This document shows, piece after piece, positions 23,488 through 35,751 of a DNA stretch of 64,000 bases; positions within the stretch are counted from its first letter, which is position 1, and the number at the start of each line of letters is the position of its first letter. A model generated the notes under the pieces. The model did not search any database. It had not been told where the DNA came from and worked only from the letters and a program-made list of their open reading frames with translations. A program made the position numbers and the translations under genes. Where the stretch lies: positions 3,834,689 through 3,898,688 of the forward strand of contig CM074809.1 in the NCBI GenBank assembly GCA_037447605.1. The letters are read 5' to 3'. The stretch comes from Zygnema circumcarinatum SAG 698-1b. Its lineage: Eukaryota > Plantae > Zygnematophyceae.

Positions 23488-24953
23488 TGTTCCCGCCCTC
23501 CTCGTTTTCTCTTCTGCCGTCCCTGAACTCCTTGCTTCCTGCCTTGGTCTGCAGAAAGCATCACCAACAAGCAGTGTCAATAATCTTTTAGTTACATTCT
23601 GACGAGTTGAGGAGAACCATTAGTCTGTATACGCTGCATTCAGACCAGACCGTTTACACTGTTGCAATTGTTGATGCAAAAGCGTGTAAGAAGTCTGGGA
23701 GGAGCCTGGGGAAACAGTGAAAGTCCGAGATAACAGAAAGAAGGTAGATGCTCATCCGAAATCTGTTTTTCTAGGACGTGCGGGCTCTACTGTAAGTGAA
23801 GTTGAGACGACCTAACTACTGCGGACTTTCATACGTCGATGCAGGACGAATCCTTCAAGTGATGTTGCGGAGAAACTAATTTCATTGATGAATCCGTCGC
23901 ACAAGACAGTTGCCGTATACAGTGCAAAGAATGTAACTCGCTCCGTCAGTTTAGCAGTCAAGGTTCGATAGTGCACGAATGATTAAACAAAAATTACTTT
24001 ATGACCAAGCAAGCCTGTTCCAAGGCTGATATCGGATAATTTACTCAGCGGTGCGACGTCTTGCCACGACTAATGTTATTCGAACCTCTCAATCATCCAC
24101 ACCCCTTAAAAATTTTAAGGGGAAAATCCTCGTCCCCGCTCCATCTTATCTCCCCCTTCCCTCCCTCCCTCTTTCCCTCCCTTCGCCTCCTCTCTCACCT
24201 CTCTCGTTTCTCTCCCTTAGAACTCTCTCATTCAACTGTCCCACCTCTCCTCCTTGCCGCCATCGTTCCTAGTGCTCACGCTCTGCCTAAACTGCTTCAG
24301 AGACATTGAGGCAATAGGAAAGGATATGAGCGTTCTTCTCATTGTTGCCACAGTAGTATCAGAGTGCCTTGACGCAGGAAAAAAGTGAGGCGGCATCTAT
24401 CAAACGACAATCTATCTCTTCGTTGCAAATTTACAGAATATTTGCAGTCTCGCTTGCAATCGATGCTAGGTTGACTTAATTTAAGAGAAACACTTCCATT
24501 TGTGATCTTGAATTCTAGCTGTTCACTGTTCATTCACCATTTTGAGCGGTTTCCTTGACTATCTCCAATTACAGTAGGTTACTTACCAGCACACCACCCT
24601 CCTCTGATAATTCCAAGCTTTTAGTAACAGAAGATCTAAATCACGTGGATCCTTCAATAACTGGCAAGCAGTGTCAGCACTAAAATTGCAGCTTTACGAA
24701 ATTACCGTCCATTTCACCATCACATTGCTATTATTCCACTCTGCGAGTCCAAAACATGCCAAGAAGAATATACATTCATGTCTAAGGCTCACCTTCTTTC
24801 AAAACTGCGTCCGAGGGCCTCCCTCGCCTGTAAGATTCCTTCCCGTTTACGTAGCCCTAACAAGAATTTACAGAAAAAAACACATAAAAATATCCACCTA
24901 ACCACATACACTCACCAGTCTGCAATACCTTCCAACAGTCCGCGAATGATGCC

Positions 24954-27786
24954 ATGGCCTTCAAGGCTCTCAGACTCCCAAGGGTCGCCATCACCAACCT
25001 TGCTGGCCTTGGGAAATCCGGCGGTTACAAGATTCGTCCGTCCACGGCCAGTACTGTTGTCCGTACATCTCACTTAACCGTCCTCTCAAGGCTTCAAGCG
25101 TCCGGTGAAGGAGGTTTTACCGAAGCAAAAAGTATACTGACATAAGTATATATGGTACCTGCTTCCGCTACTGTATCCGCTTCAGGAATATGCCTGCTCA
25201 GACGAATATTGGAAGTGCCAATACAGGCTGTACTTGTACAGTTTTACTTGTGCTTATGTGGCACTAAAATCCTTCTTTTTTGAATTTTGTTTGTTTGGAA
25301 TCTCTATCGCTGTTTGCCACAGTTAATGGAACAGTCACTATGTACAATTGTATTGGGGTTAGGAGAAAGCAGAATAAGAATGAGGTGAGGCAGAATGTCT
25401 TTCGAAGTGCATACCTGTAGTGGCTTACTGGCTTACTGGTTTACTTCGCTTAGTGTTTATTGTGTATTTATTGTTTAGGATTCTACTGTTTATTGGTTCT
25501 CAAAAGTTACAGCTTAGAGCTTGCAGATAGGTTCCTGTTCCTGGGCCGGTAGGAGAGAGGTTTTGAGTAGTGGATGAAGGTGAAGACTTGCTGTGGGAGA
25601 GAGGAGAGATGCACATGAGAGGAGTGGAAATATGCAGCGGGATGTGTATGGTGCGAGAGAAGGGGACTGCTCTGAAGTAGTGGCGGGAGTGGTTGGATTG
25701 CCGCGCAACGGAGACGAAAGGAATGCTATGAGTGTATTATGCGACATCCTTTTTCCTCTTGTTTTCTACCTTTGACAGTGGGGACTGCAGAAGTTCTTGA
25801 GGAAAGCGAATGGCAGATGAATGTAGGATGCAATCGTCGGGGCAATTGTGCGGCCAACTTTATGAATTGTTTATTAGATGCCATCGTTTTTCGTGTTCAG
25901 GATGAGGACCTCCGTCTTCTCGACAGGGACTTCTGGGAACAAGCGCTGGCACAACCTATGCAGGAGCTGCAAGAATTGGGGCGAGTAGGCCACCTGAGGA
26001 GCCAGAGTCTTTTACGTGGACAACAGTTGCATGCAACTCAGAGTGATGTATGTTTTCGAAACAAACCTTTCTACCCATGTATGGAAATAATTTTTCACTG
26101 CTAACGAGTACTACTCCTGGCATGTTTCATTATAGTGGAATATCTGAATTGCGGAAGCTGTTAGAAATTGCTTTCGCAAAAGTTGTACAAGTAATTCACA
26201 TGGTCCTGACGATCTATATGGATTACAAACGAATGCTTGGTGCGTTTATCATTCAATTTTTGTAAGATATAATCACCAAAATGTCCTCGAATAACCGTAC
26301 AATAGATAGACTTTCGTGGACTGCTAAAAAGACAATGCCGCTGTTCTTTGTTCGTGGGTGCGCAGTCCCTGCAAAACATTCACTGCCTAAGCTAGCAGGA
26401 ATCCACTTTTTGCATATCCTCCTCGCAGTACAGTAGTTGCAACTTCAACCGATATTCAAAAAGATGATCTAAATAAGACGTTCCAAATAATACTGAGAGG
26501 CTCAGCTGGCTTCCGCCACCAGTTCAGAAGTGAGTCGGTTAGGCTTGTTTGCGGCAATACAGTCCTATTTTAACCGTTCAGGGTAGGAGAATGTTATGAG
26601 AAGCCAATGTTGTTCCTGATGATACTGCGCAAATTGTTGATTGTGATGTCTGCCATTGCAGGATGCAGAACGGGGCCGAAATGTGTTGCCGGCGGACGGA
26701 ATGATTCCAGATTATGGATGCACCGGGCAATGGCTTGACAGAGCTATGCATGCCTCAGCCTCTCCTAGGAGAGGGGCGAGCGAAGCAGCACCTGAACATA
26801 CAATGGAATTTGATGGAGACCTTGCGTTTGTGGAGAAAAGCATGGCGAATTGCCCATTGCCTGAGGTACGCTCGGCTGCTCAGGAGCTTCTATATGCCTT
26901 ACAGGAGGCGCACATCCGTCCATCCAAGTTCTTCAGTCAGCGTGCGGGCAAGCAGTTGGAATGGATACAAGAAGTAGGCGGAAATAAAAGTGTAAGTGAA
27001 TCGGATTCTGTCACTACGGTTGTGGGAAGTATGGTAGAAAAGGGTGTCTCTGCACCGGGCAATGTAGGCAGTCTGGACGAGTCTTTAAATTGTGAATCTT
27101 TAGGTAGAGTTACAAGCGGATCGTCGTCAGTCTTTGGGGAAACCCAAACTACTCCTCTTCAAGCAGTGGCAGAAAGAGATTCAGCCAATATTCCTGCTAC
27201 TGGTACAAATACGTTCCACTTTGTAGATATTATCAAGTGGTCTCAGGACGTCACTGCCAAGCTTGGTCCTACTTCCGTTCCCACCTCATGGGTTTCTTCA
27301 TCTGCCTCAGCTGAACCTGCCTCCTATGGAATGTCATCTGGCATTCTTGGATCAACTTCTATGGCAGTGAATTCAGTTGTACAGAATGGAGCACGGGGCA
27401 ATACTCAATTTCCTGCAGCATGTTTTGTGGGCAGTAGCTCAGGTGCTGTGGGGGTTCTCCCTTATGAATCTCTCGGATTCAGAGGGTATCCACAGGTTGT
27501 ACAGGTAGAGACCTCACAAAATGCTTGTCAGATACCAGCTTGTTCTTTCATGCAAGATGCAGGAGTGGGGCAATACGGCTCTGAAGCTGCGCTAGAAAAT
27601 CGGCGATGGGTCCTGGAAATGGCTCCCTTACCTGGTTCATCTTGTGGAGATTTGGAGGACTACCAGTTGTTGGATCATGGTCTTGGGGATGATGGAGAGT
27701 CGACTGCAATGAGAGTGGCCGTGGAGAGTTGGCTGAGCGAACCCTCCGGGCGCGAGCACATGGGTCAAAGGAGTAGCGGTGATTAG
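24954..27786 (+). CDS. Hypothetical protein, possibly plastid-targeted; family not recognised
   Basis: Phase-compatible exon chain: 24954-about 25104 (Ser/Thr/Arg-rich, nearly acid-free, transit-peptide-like), 25779-25822, 25901-26047, and a 1125-nt terminal exon 26662-27786. The long terminal ORF supports coding; the 5' structure is tentative. Confidence 0.5.
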
Positions 27787-28616
27787 GTGGACAGACTAAC
27801 TAAGACTTAGCTGAAAGGGCGGAAAGGAGGGGACACTTCCTTCGGCTGACGAGGTGTTAGTTGGGTGCAGGGTGCAGCTTACAGCTCGCACATTCAGCTG
27901 CTGGTTTCAGTGTGGAGTGTTAGTTTTCTTTCTATGTTATTTCGTTGTACAGTAAAACGGCCTCAGAGCTGCTATCATGGAAAGTGCCTCAATAGTGGTG
28001 CTTCACGTTGGGGTGTGGTGACTGACTGACTATCCATGGATGGCCCTCAGCACTGTCTTAATGGGGAATGGCATGCAAAATTGCAATAAAGGTATAAGCC
28101 TTTAAAAAGGGGACCAATGCCACATCTCTTCCACTTAAAAGGGGGAGAATTGCCATTGATCTGAGGAGGGCGATGCTATCAAATGTACATGAAAAAAGTC
28201 AAAATGGAGAACCAAGCAGCCCTTAACATTGCTTATAGGCAAGCCCTTACTAGCTGATGCGAGGAGTACAAAAGGGGGAGTTGGAAATGGGGACTGAGAC
28301 CAGGCCGACCCAAAACGACACCCCAAAGAGAATTTTTGCACAGCGGAAAAGGGCTAAGTACACAGAGCACAAGCAGTTCGCGCACAGGCGAACGGAGCCT
28401 CTACGGAACTGATCAAGGTTCTATGAGTCGGATTGGATGGCCAATTTTGCCACGTGGCATACCGACGTACTGTCCAGAAATTGGATTGCTTGCCACGTGA
28501 TGCTAGACAACGAATAATTTTTGTCGCGTGGGCTAGACGGGATCTTGACTTGGCAGGAATGGACCTGAACTTGCAAACCGTGAGATTCGGAAATTTTGGA
28601 CTGAGGTGGACCAAAG

Positions 28617-28635
28617 CCAATTAGATGCTGCCACG
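28617..28635 (+). promoter_or_regulatory. ERSE-like CCAAT-N9-CCACG site upstream of the permease, near G-boxes
   Basis: CCAAT 28617-28621, CCACG 28631-28635; palindromic G-box GCCACGTGGC at 28449-28458. Confidence 0.45.
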
Positions 28636-29179
28636 TCATTAAACATGCGAGAATCCGACCAATCAGCTCGCCGGGAAGTAGCCGCAGACCTGCTTTCGCT
28701 ACGTGGCACTCTACGTCTTTTCCTGACCGTCAATCTGCCCGCAAATAAATTCAATTTTTTATTGAAAATTTCGATCAGCCAATGATCGTGCGCCGACACA
28801 CTCCAAAGCACGTCTCATTCGTCGAGATCCCCAAAAGCGGTGGACAAAATTTTTACGGTCAGTTTCAAATCCTGCCCGTTTCTGGCCCTGCTCGGCGCTT
28901 CCCCGCACCAGTGAATAATGCGCTCGCTGCCACTGCGCTGCCCCTTCTGCGCTCGAAGAGAAGCCGAGCCATCGCCTCCTTGAGCACAAAAATTAGGGTT
29001 GGGAGTCTAGTTTTTGGGGTTTGTCTCAGGTTTAGAGAGGCTAGGCGGAGGGGATAGAAGGGGAGGAGGAGGGGGAGGAGGNNNNNNNNNNGAGGAGGAG
29101 AAGGAGGAGGGGGGGAGAAGGGGGAGGACGGAGGAGGGAGTGGAGGGGGAGGAGGAGGAGGGGGAGGAGGTGGGGGATA

Positions 29180-32100
29180 ATGAGTGGTGAGCAGTTCAAT
29201 GGAATCGACGAGGGAGTGCAGTCGAACAGTGCTGGAGGGAAGGACGGGCATCCTGAGCATGTAAGAATGTGGACGAGAATTTTTGGAGGGAGAGGGAGGA
29301 GGAAAAGGGGAGGCTGAGATGAGCTGCTCGTCTTGATTTTGGAGGGAAGGAGGGACGGTGAAGGTGTGAGACGGAGGGAGGGGAGAGAGAGGGGGAAGGG
29401 AGTTGATCTATGTATGGTCAATGTGCACGAGCACTAACGGGAAACGGTGATTAAAAGCAAATTCAGGGACAAATTTCATGACCTGCTATAAACCAAGCCA
29501 TACTGTTCCTTCTTTAGCAAGGAATGCAATCCATTGATGATTATCTAAGCTTTATTGCACAGAAAACTTCGTCCTGTCTCTGTCAAAAGACTGTAGCAGA
29601 AGCTAAGCCCTTCAGACCCCACATTTTCAACACAAAGCAGAGAGCAAAGCCTTTTCCTCATTCATTTTAATCTCAGAACATTAAACCTAGCCCTCTTCAA
29701 CCTGAAGACAATTAAAAATCGTCAAATGCTTCCCCTTATATTTCAGCCATGTTCCCTCCCCCATCACCTGACCCTTGTATGCCGCCATTGCCCCGCAGAA
29801 GAAGGTCACATTTTGGGGCACATTCGGCCTCTCCTTCAGCATCCTCTCCGTTTTGAATGGAACTACCTCTCTCTATGGAGAAGCGCTGCTTGATGGAGGC
29901 CCTCCCGTTGTTATATGGGGATGGGTCCTCGTCTCCATCATGACCCTCCTGGTGGGCCTCAGCATGGGGGAAATATCATCGGCGTTTCCAGCATCAGGGG
30001 GTCTTGTAAGTAGCTTTCAATCAAAACTGGGGGAAGGCAAAGAGTTGGGGGCGAGGGACAGGAGGGAAACTTGAAATAGCGGAAACGTGTTGGCAAGGAA
30101 TATTAAAATGCGAAGGATTAATGAGAATTTCATGTGTGGCTTTCTCTCTGAATTCACGTGCAGTACTTCTGGCCGGACTATCTCATTCCCGAGGAGCAGA
30201 GAGAATGGCGACCCTTTGCGAGCTGGGTCACTGGATACTGCAACATGATTGGCCAGGTGCTCGGCACTTGCCATTGCTTCTGCTTTCAATAAGAGAAGGA
30301 GCGGGGGAGGGAGAGAGGAAGGGGAGTGTGGGGAGTGAGGAGAAAAATAGATGGAGTGGGGGTAGAGAGTGGTGAGGGGGGAGAATGAGAGAGAGAGGGA
30401 GGAGAGAGGGAGAGAGAGAAAGAGAGAAAGGGGGAGGCGAGGGAGAGAGAGATGCCTAGATCATCCGCTGGCACCTTCAAGGGCCAAGTCAAGATCAACC
30501 CCCCCCCCTCCCCCATTCACCCTCTTTTGCAACTGCTTTCCAACCCTAACTTAGGTCGCCTCAATAGCTTAACATGCGGTGGAACGCGGATGCTTAAACT
30601 CGGCCATGGATGACATGACCCCTTTCACGCTGACTCGTGGCAATCCGAGGGTGCAGATAGCCTGCACTGCCAGCACCTTCTTCTCTGCTGCGGAGCTTGC
30701 AGCCATCATGGTGACTATAGGCACAGGGGGCGCCAATGGCGGAGGCATCGTGTTCAGCAGAGGGCAAAGAGTGCTCATCTGCGGCGTCCTCTACATCTTC
30801 AGCGGCCTCTACAACAGCCTCCCGGTGGAGTTCCAGGTGCTGCCTCCTCCCTCAACCTCCGCCTTCTCATCACGCCCTGAAGGCCTGCCTTCGAGCAGCT
30901 TCTATGCACGATATATCATACACGTATCGGCCTCACTCTTCGTATGGCCAGGTATTGCCACACGATATATCGGTGCTCGTATTGGTTTAGAACTGGTATC
31001 AATTACGGTAAATCGAGCTCATAACGGTATCGTACTGGTATTGAGCTACGTACTCGTATCGCCAGAATATCGGGATGTGTTTATATATCGTGATATTGTG
31101 TCATATCGGATTCTTGACTGAGTTCTGTATCGAAAAATGACCGTCAAGGACGTATCGTATCGGCTTACGTTATTGTATCGTATTGGTTTGTAGCATATCC
31201 ACATGCCGACGAACTCTAACCTGCCCTTGGTGCATAAATGCATGCAGAGCAAAATCAACGTATTTGCAGCCGCATGGAACGTGCTGCTTATGGCGGTGCT
31301 CATAGTGGGGCTGCCCCTCCTCGTGAAGAACCCGCAGCCCACCTCCGTCTTCTTTGAATTCTACAACGGGACGACGGGAATCACCAACCCGCTCTATGTC
31401 TGCCTCCTCGGTGAGCTTTGTCCCTGCGTCTCCATGTGTTGCGCTAGGAATGGGCCATGGGCGTGTGGAACTTCAAGCTCTGCATATCTGATTTCGATTT
31501 AAAGAGAANNNNNNNNNNTAGCAAGGAATGCAATCCATTGATGATTATCTAAGCTTTATTGCACAGAAAACTTCGTCCTGTCTCTGTCAAAAGACTGTAG
31601 CAGAAGCTAAGCCCTTCAGACCCCACATTTTCAACACAAAGCAGAGAGCAAAGCCTTTTCCTCATTCATTTTAATCTCAGAACATTAAACCTAGCCCTCT
31701 TCAACCTGAAGACAATTAAAAATCGTCAAATGCTTCCCCTTATATTTCAGCCATGTTCCCTCCCCCATCACCTGACCCTTGTATGCCGCCATTGCCCCGC
31801 AGAAGAAGGTCACATTTTGGGGCACATTCGGCCTCTCCTTCAGCATCCTCTCCGTTTTGAATGGAACTACCTCTCTCTATGGAGAAGCGCTGCTTGATGG
31901 AGGCCCTCCCGTTGTTATATGGGGATGGGTCCTCGTCTCCATCATGACCCTCCTGGTGGGCCTCAGCATGGGGGAAATATCATCGGCGTTTCCAGCATCA
32001 GGGGGTCTTGTAAGTAGCTTTCAATCAAAACTGGGGGAAGGCAAAGAGTTGGGGGCGAGGGACAGGAGGGAAACTTGAAATAGCGGAAACGTGTTGGCAA

Positions 32101-35100
32101 GGAATATTAAAATGCGAAGGATTAATGAGAATTTCATGTGTGGCTTTCTGAATTCACGTGCAGTACTTCTGGCCGGACTATCTCATTCCCGAGGAGCAGA
32201 GAGAATGGCGACCCTTTGCGAGCTGGGTCACTGGATACTGCAACATGATTGGCCAGGTGCTCGGCACTTGCCATTGCTTCTGCTTTCAATAAGAGAAGGA
32301 GCGGGGGAGGGAGAGAGGAAGGGGAGTGTGGGGAGTGAGGAGAAAAATAGATGGAGTGGGGGTAGAGAGTGGTGAGGGGGGAGAATGAGAGAGAGAGGGA
32401 GGAGAGAGGGAGAGAGAGAAAGAGAGAAAGGGGGAGGCGAGGGAGAGAGAGATGCCTAGATCATCCGCTGGCACCTTCAAGGGCCAAGTCAAGATCAACC
32501 CCCCCCCCTCCCCCATTCACCCTCTTTTGCAACTGCTTTCCAACCCTAACTTAGGTCGCCTCAATAGCTTAACATGCGGTGGAACGCGGATGCTTAAACT
32601 CGGCCATGGATGACATGACCCCTTTCACGCTGACTCGTGGCAATCCGAGGGTGCAGATAGCCTGCACTGCCAGCACCTTCTTCTCTGCTGCGGAGCTTGC
32701 AGCCATCATGGTGACTATAGGCACAGGGGGCGCCAATGGCGGAGGCATCGTGTTCAGCAGAGGGCAAAGAGTGCTCATCTGCGGCGTCCTCTACATCTTC
32801 AGCGGCCTCTACAACAGCCTCCCGGTGGAGTTCCAGGTGCTGCCTCCTCCCTCAACCTCCGCCTTCTCATCACGCCCTGAAGGCCTGCCTTCGAGCAGCT
32901 TCTATGCACGATATATCATACACGTATCGGCCTCACTCTTCGTATGGCCAGGTATTGCCACACGATATATCGGTGCTCGTATTGGTTTAGAACTGGTATC
33001 AATTACGGTAAATCGAGCTCATAACGGTATCGTACTGGTATTGAGCTACGTACTCGTATCGCCAGAATATCGGGATGTGTTTATATATCGTGATATTGTG
33101 TCATATCGGATTCTTGACTGAGTTCTGTATCGAAAAATGACCGTCAAGGACGTATCGTATCGGCTTACGTTATTGTATCGTATTGGTTTGTAGCATATCC
33201 ACATGCCGACGAACTCTAACCTGCCCTTGGTGCATAAATGCATGCAGAGCAAAATCAACGTATTTGCAGCCGCATGGAACGTGCTGCTTATGGCGGTGCT
33301 CATAGTGGGGCTGCCCCTCCTCGTGAAGAACCCGCAGCCCACCTCCGTCTTCTTTGAATTCTACAACGGGACGACGGGAATCACCAACCCGCTCTATGTC
33401 TGCCTCCTCGGTGAGCTTTGTCCCTGCGTCTCCATGTGTTGCGCTAGGAATGGGCCATGGGCGTGTGGAACTTCAAGCTCTGCATATCTGATTTCGATTT
33501 AAAGAGAATGCATGGCTAAATAAAGCTTAAAGACAAAGGTGACTACCCACTCCCTCTCTCGCTTCCCCCCTCTCCCTCTCCTTCTCCCTCTCCCCCTCCC
33601 TCTCCCTCTCCACCTTCCCCCNNNNNNNNNNCCTCTCCCTCTCCCTCTCACATAGACACATGCACGGACTGAGACTCCCTCCGCCTCTCTCTTGCAGGTC
33701 TGCTCGTCTCGCAGTTTACCCTATCAGGGTACGACGGCGCATTCCAAATAGCGGGCGAGGCCAAGGACCCGGAATGGAACGTTCCCTTCAGTCTGGTCTG
33801 CGCTCTGGGCATCACTTCCGCCATAGGGTTCGCGTACCTCTGGGTGCTCACCACCTCCATCACAAGCTTCTATAACCTTTTCGCTACCGACACTGTCACG
33901 GCAGGGCAAGCCCAAGTAGCCCAAATCTTTTGGGATGCTTTTGACCAAAGGTGGGTGGGTGGGCCCCTCTCAGCCTCCTCCTCCAGCCGTGGCTGAGGGA
34001 GAGAAGAAGAAGAAGAAGAGAGGCAATAGCATCACAGGCATTGATTAAGAGGAGGTTTGGTCTCATTTTTTTTTGTATATAATTCTGTGAACTGTTTTTA
34101 TGTTATGCAGTTCTTTCAAGTACTTAAGCGAGCAATTGCTTCTTGATTTTTGCAGGTTTGGTTATGGGAATGCATCTCTTGGGGTGCTGGCTTTGATCTG
34201 GCTCACGATTTGGCTGTCAGGGAACTCCCTCCTCACCAGCAACGCTCGAATGGTGAGAGAAATAAACTGGAAAAGGAGAATCAACAAAGAGAAACTCGTC
34301 TGCTATAGGAAATGCTGTTCAAGAAGAAGGCATGGAATGCGTTGGAACATGTCATCAGCCAACGGAAAAAAAATAGAGTAAAAATAGACCAAGGACTGGG
34401 AATCCTCAAGAGACAATGAAGGAAACAAACTCGAACAGAGTGGCAACAGAGTGCTAAATAATTTCGTTTGACGGTTTGGGGGGGGGGCTAGAGGTGGTCT
34501 GTTAACTACAAATACAGATTTATTCATTCTCAAAAGATAGAGGAATTCCTGGCTCAGTGATTTGGATCGTTATCGACAAACATCGAGTTCCAATCTATGC
34601 AGGTCTGCTAATGCTGCCACCCTCCCCTCAAATCTGAGTGCGAATGTTCTAATTTCTCTCCCTCGTCACAAAGACTTTTCACCGCTTGACCTTCTGAGTG
34701 GCTGCGTTTTGAACATTCATGAGACGCTTTTTGAAGGGGGGCAGATAACTACAAGAAAGATCACATCCGTTTAAGCTTTGATCTTTTTTGGACATCAACG
34801 GATGCATTAAACTGTGTTAATGGAGACGTAAAAGCATCATCCCTTGAAGATTGACTTCTTGTAGCCCCCCTGAACATTCTCTCCCTCCGTCCCTCTCTCT
34901 CCCTCCTCTCCCTAGCACACAACTATCATAACCGATCCTGCTTTCTTTCTTCCTCCCTAAGCTTCTACTTCCACACTCTCCTATGATGCAGTCTGGTTTT
35001 CCGCTTTCCTGGGAATGTCCCTTGTGGTGCCCTACATTTGGAGCACGGTGGCATATACGGCTGCAACCTCCATCTCCACTATCGGCCTTTATATCACTTA

Positions 35101-35751
35101 CGGAATTCCCATCTTCATCAGGTGACGCTGCTCACCCATACGTCTGCAAGTTCTTTCCTCTCCCTTTGATTCTAGAGAAGAATGTTAGGTCAAACGAACC
35201 CTCAAATCACCACGATCCTAGACATAATATTGGGATGAATGATGTTTGATGTGGGAGCAGGACTGTGATAACGAGAGACAAGTTCGTTCCAGGATCCTTC
35301 AACCTCGGCTGGTGGAGTCCCTTCAACGGCAGCATCGCCATAGGATGGATTGGCATTGTACGTTGCAGAGAGCCAAACCACTCACATTTTTTTCTTTTTT
35401 TGCTTCATCACTACTGATTGTTCTGCTCACTATCAAACTCCCTGTCAGCTGATGCAGTGAAAGGCCACCACCATGCCTACCATCTCCAAAGCATGGTTGC
35501 AGTTTGCTTTAACTGACTGAAAGAGATTAAGAAAATAGCTGCAACCTTCATTCTTGAGCTGAAGATGGCCCTGCTCGCTGCTGCAGATCACGGTGGCCTT
35601 CGTGCTCCCAACCGCGCTTCCAATCACGGCGGAGACCTTCAACTATACAGGCATCGCTATCGGAGGGTGGTTCGCTATAGTTATAACGTACTGGTTTACA
35701 TCGGGCAGGTTCTTCTTCAAGCAACAGTCCAAGTCCCCCACTTTAGAATGA
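29180..35751 (+). CDS. BAT1: APC-superfamily amino-acid/GABA permease (ACT family, BAT1-like)
   Basis: Exons 29180-29260 (tentative), 29799-30005, 30164-30256, 30657-30836, 31248-31410 (exons 2-5 repeated at +2 kb), 33698-33950, 34156-34252, 34518-34602, 34992-35121, 35261-35357, 35587-35751. Motifs FGLSFSILS, GGP..IWGW, SMGEISSAFPASGGLYFW, GTGGANGGG, SQFTLSGYD, SNARMIYSFSKD, STIGLYITYGIP, FVLPTALPITAETFNY. Confidence 0.9.
29515..33508 (+). repeat. Near-identical 2-kb direct duplication (29515-31508 and 31519-33508) separated by a 10-N gap
   Basis: The only difference I noticed is a 4-nt (CT)2 indel near 30143-30150 vs 32147-32150. The copies abut the N run at 31509-31518. Confidence 0.95.
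30905..31190. repeat. TATCG/CGATA-rich MITE-like intronic element (copy at +2 kb; shorter relative at about 62775-62880)
   Basis: About 11 TATCG in about 280 bp here and 6 in about 105 bp downstream of ADCS. No clear TIR or TSD found. Confidence 0.45.

Noticed and set aside
24954-25110. Resemblance of RVAITNLAGLGKSGGYKIR to the BES1/BZR domain (RRAITARILAGLRRHGNYNLR)
   Set aside because: It needs a 2-residue gap, and both the basic RERENNKRRERRRR helix and the EAGW..DGTT motif are absent. A transit peptide explains the composition better; a PF05687 search would settle it.
30164-30256. Apparent frameshift in permease exon 3 suggested by the ORF track (LLAGLSHSRGAERM)
   Set aside because: Reading from the acceptor at 30163 gives an intact in-frame exon, YFWPDYLIPEEQREWRPFASWVTGYCNMIGQ.
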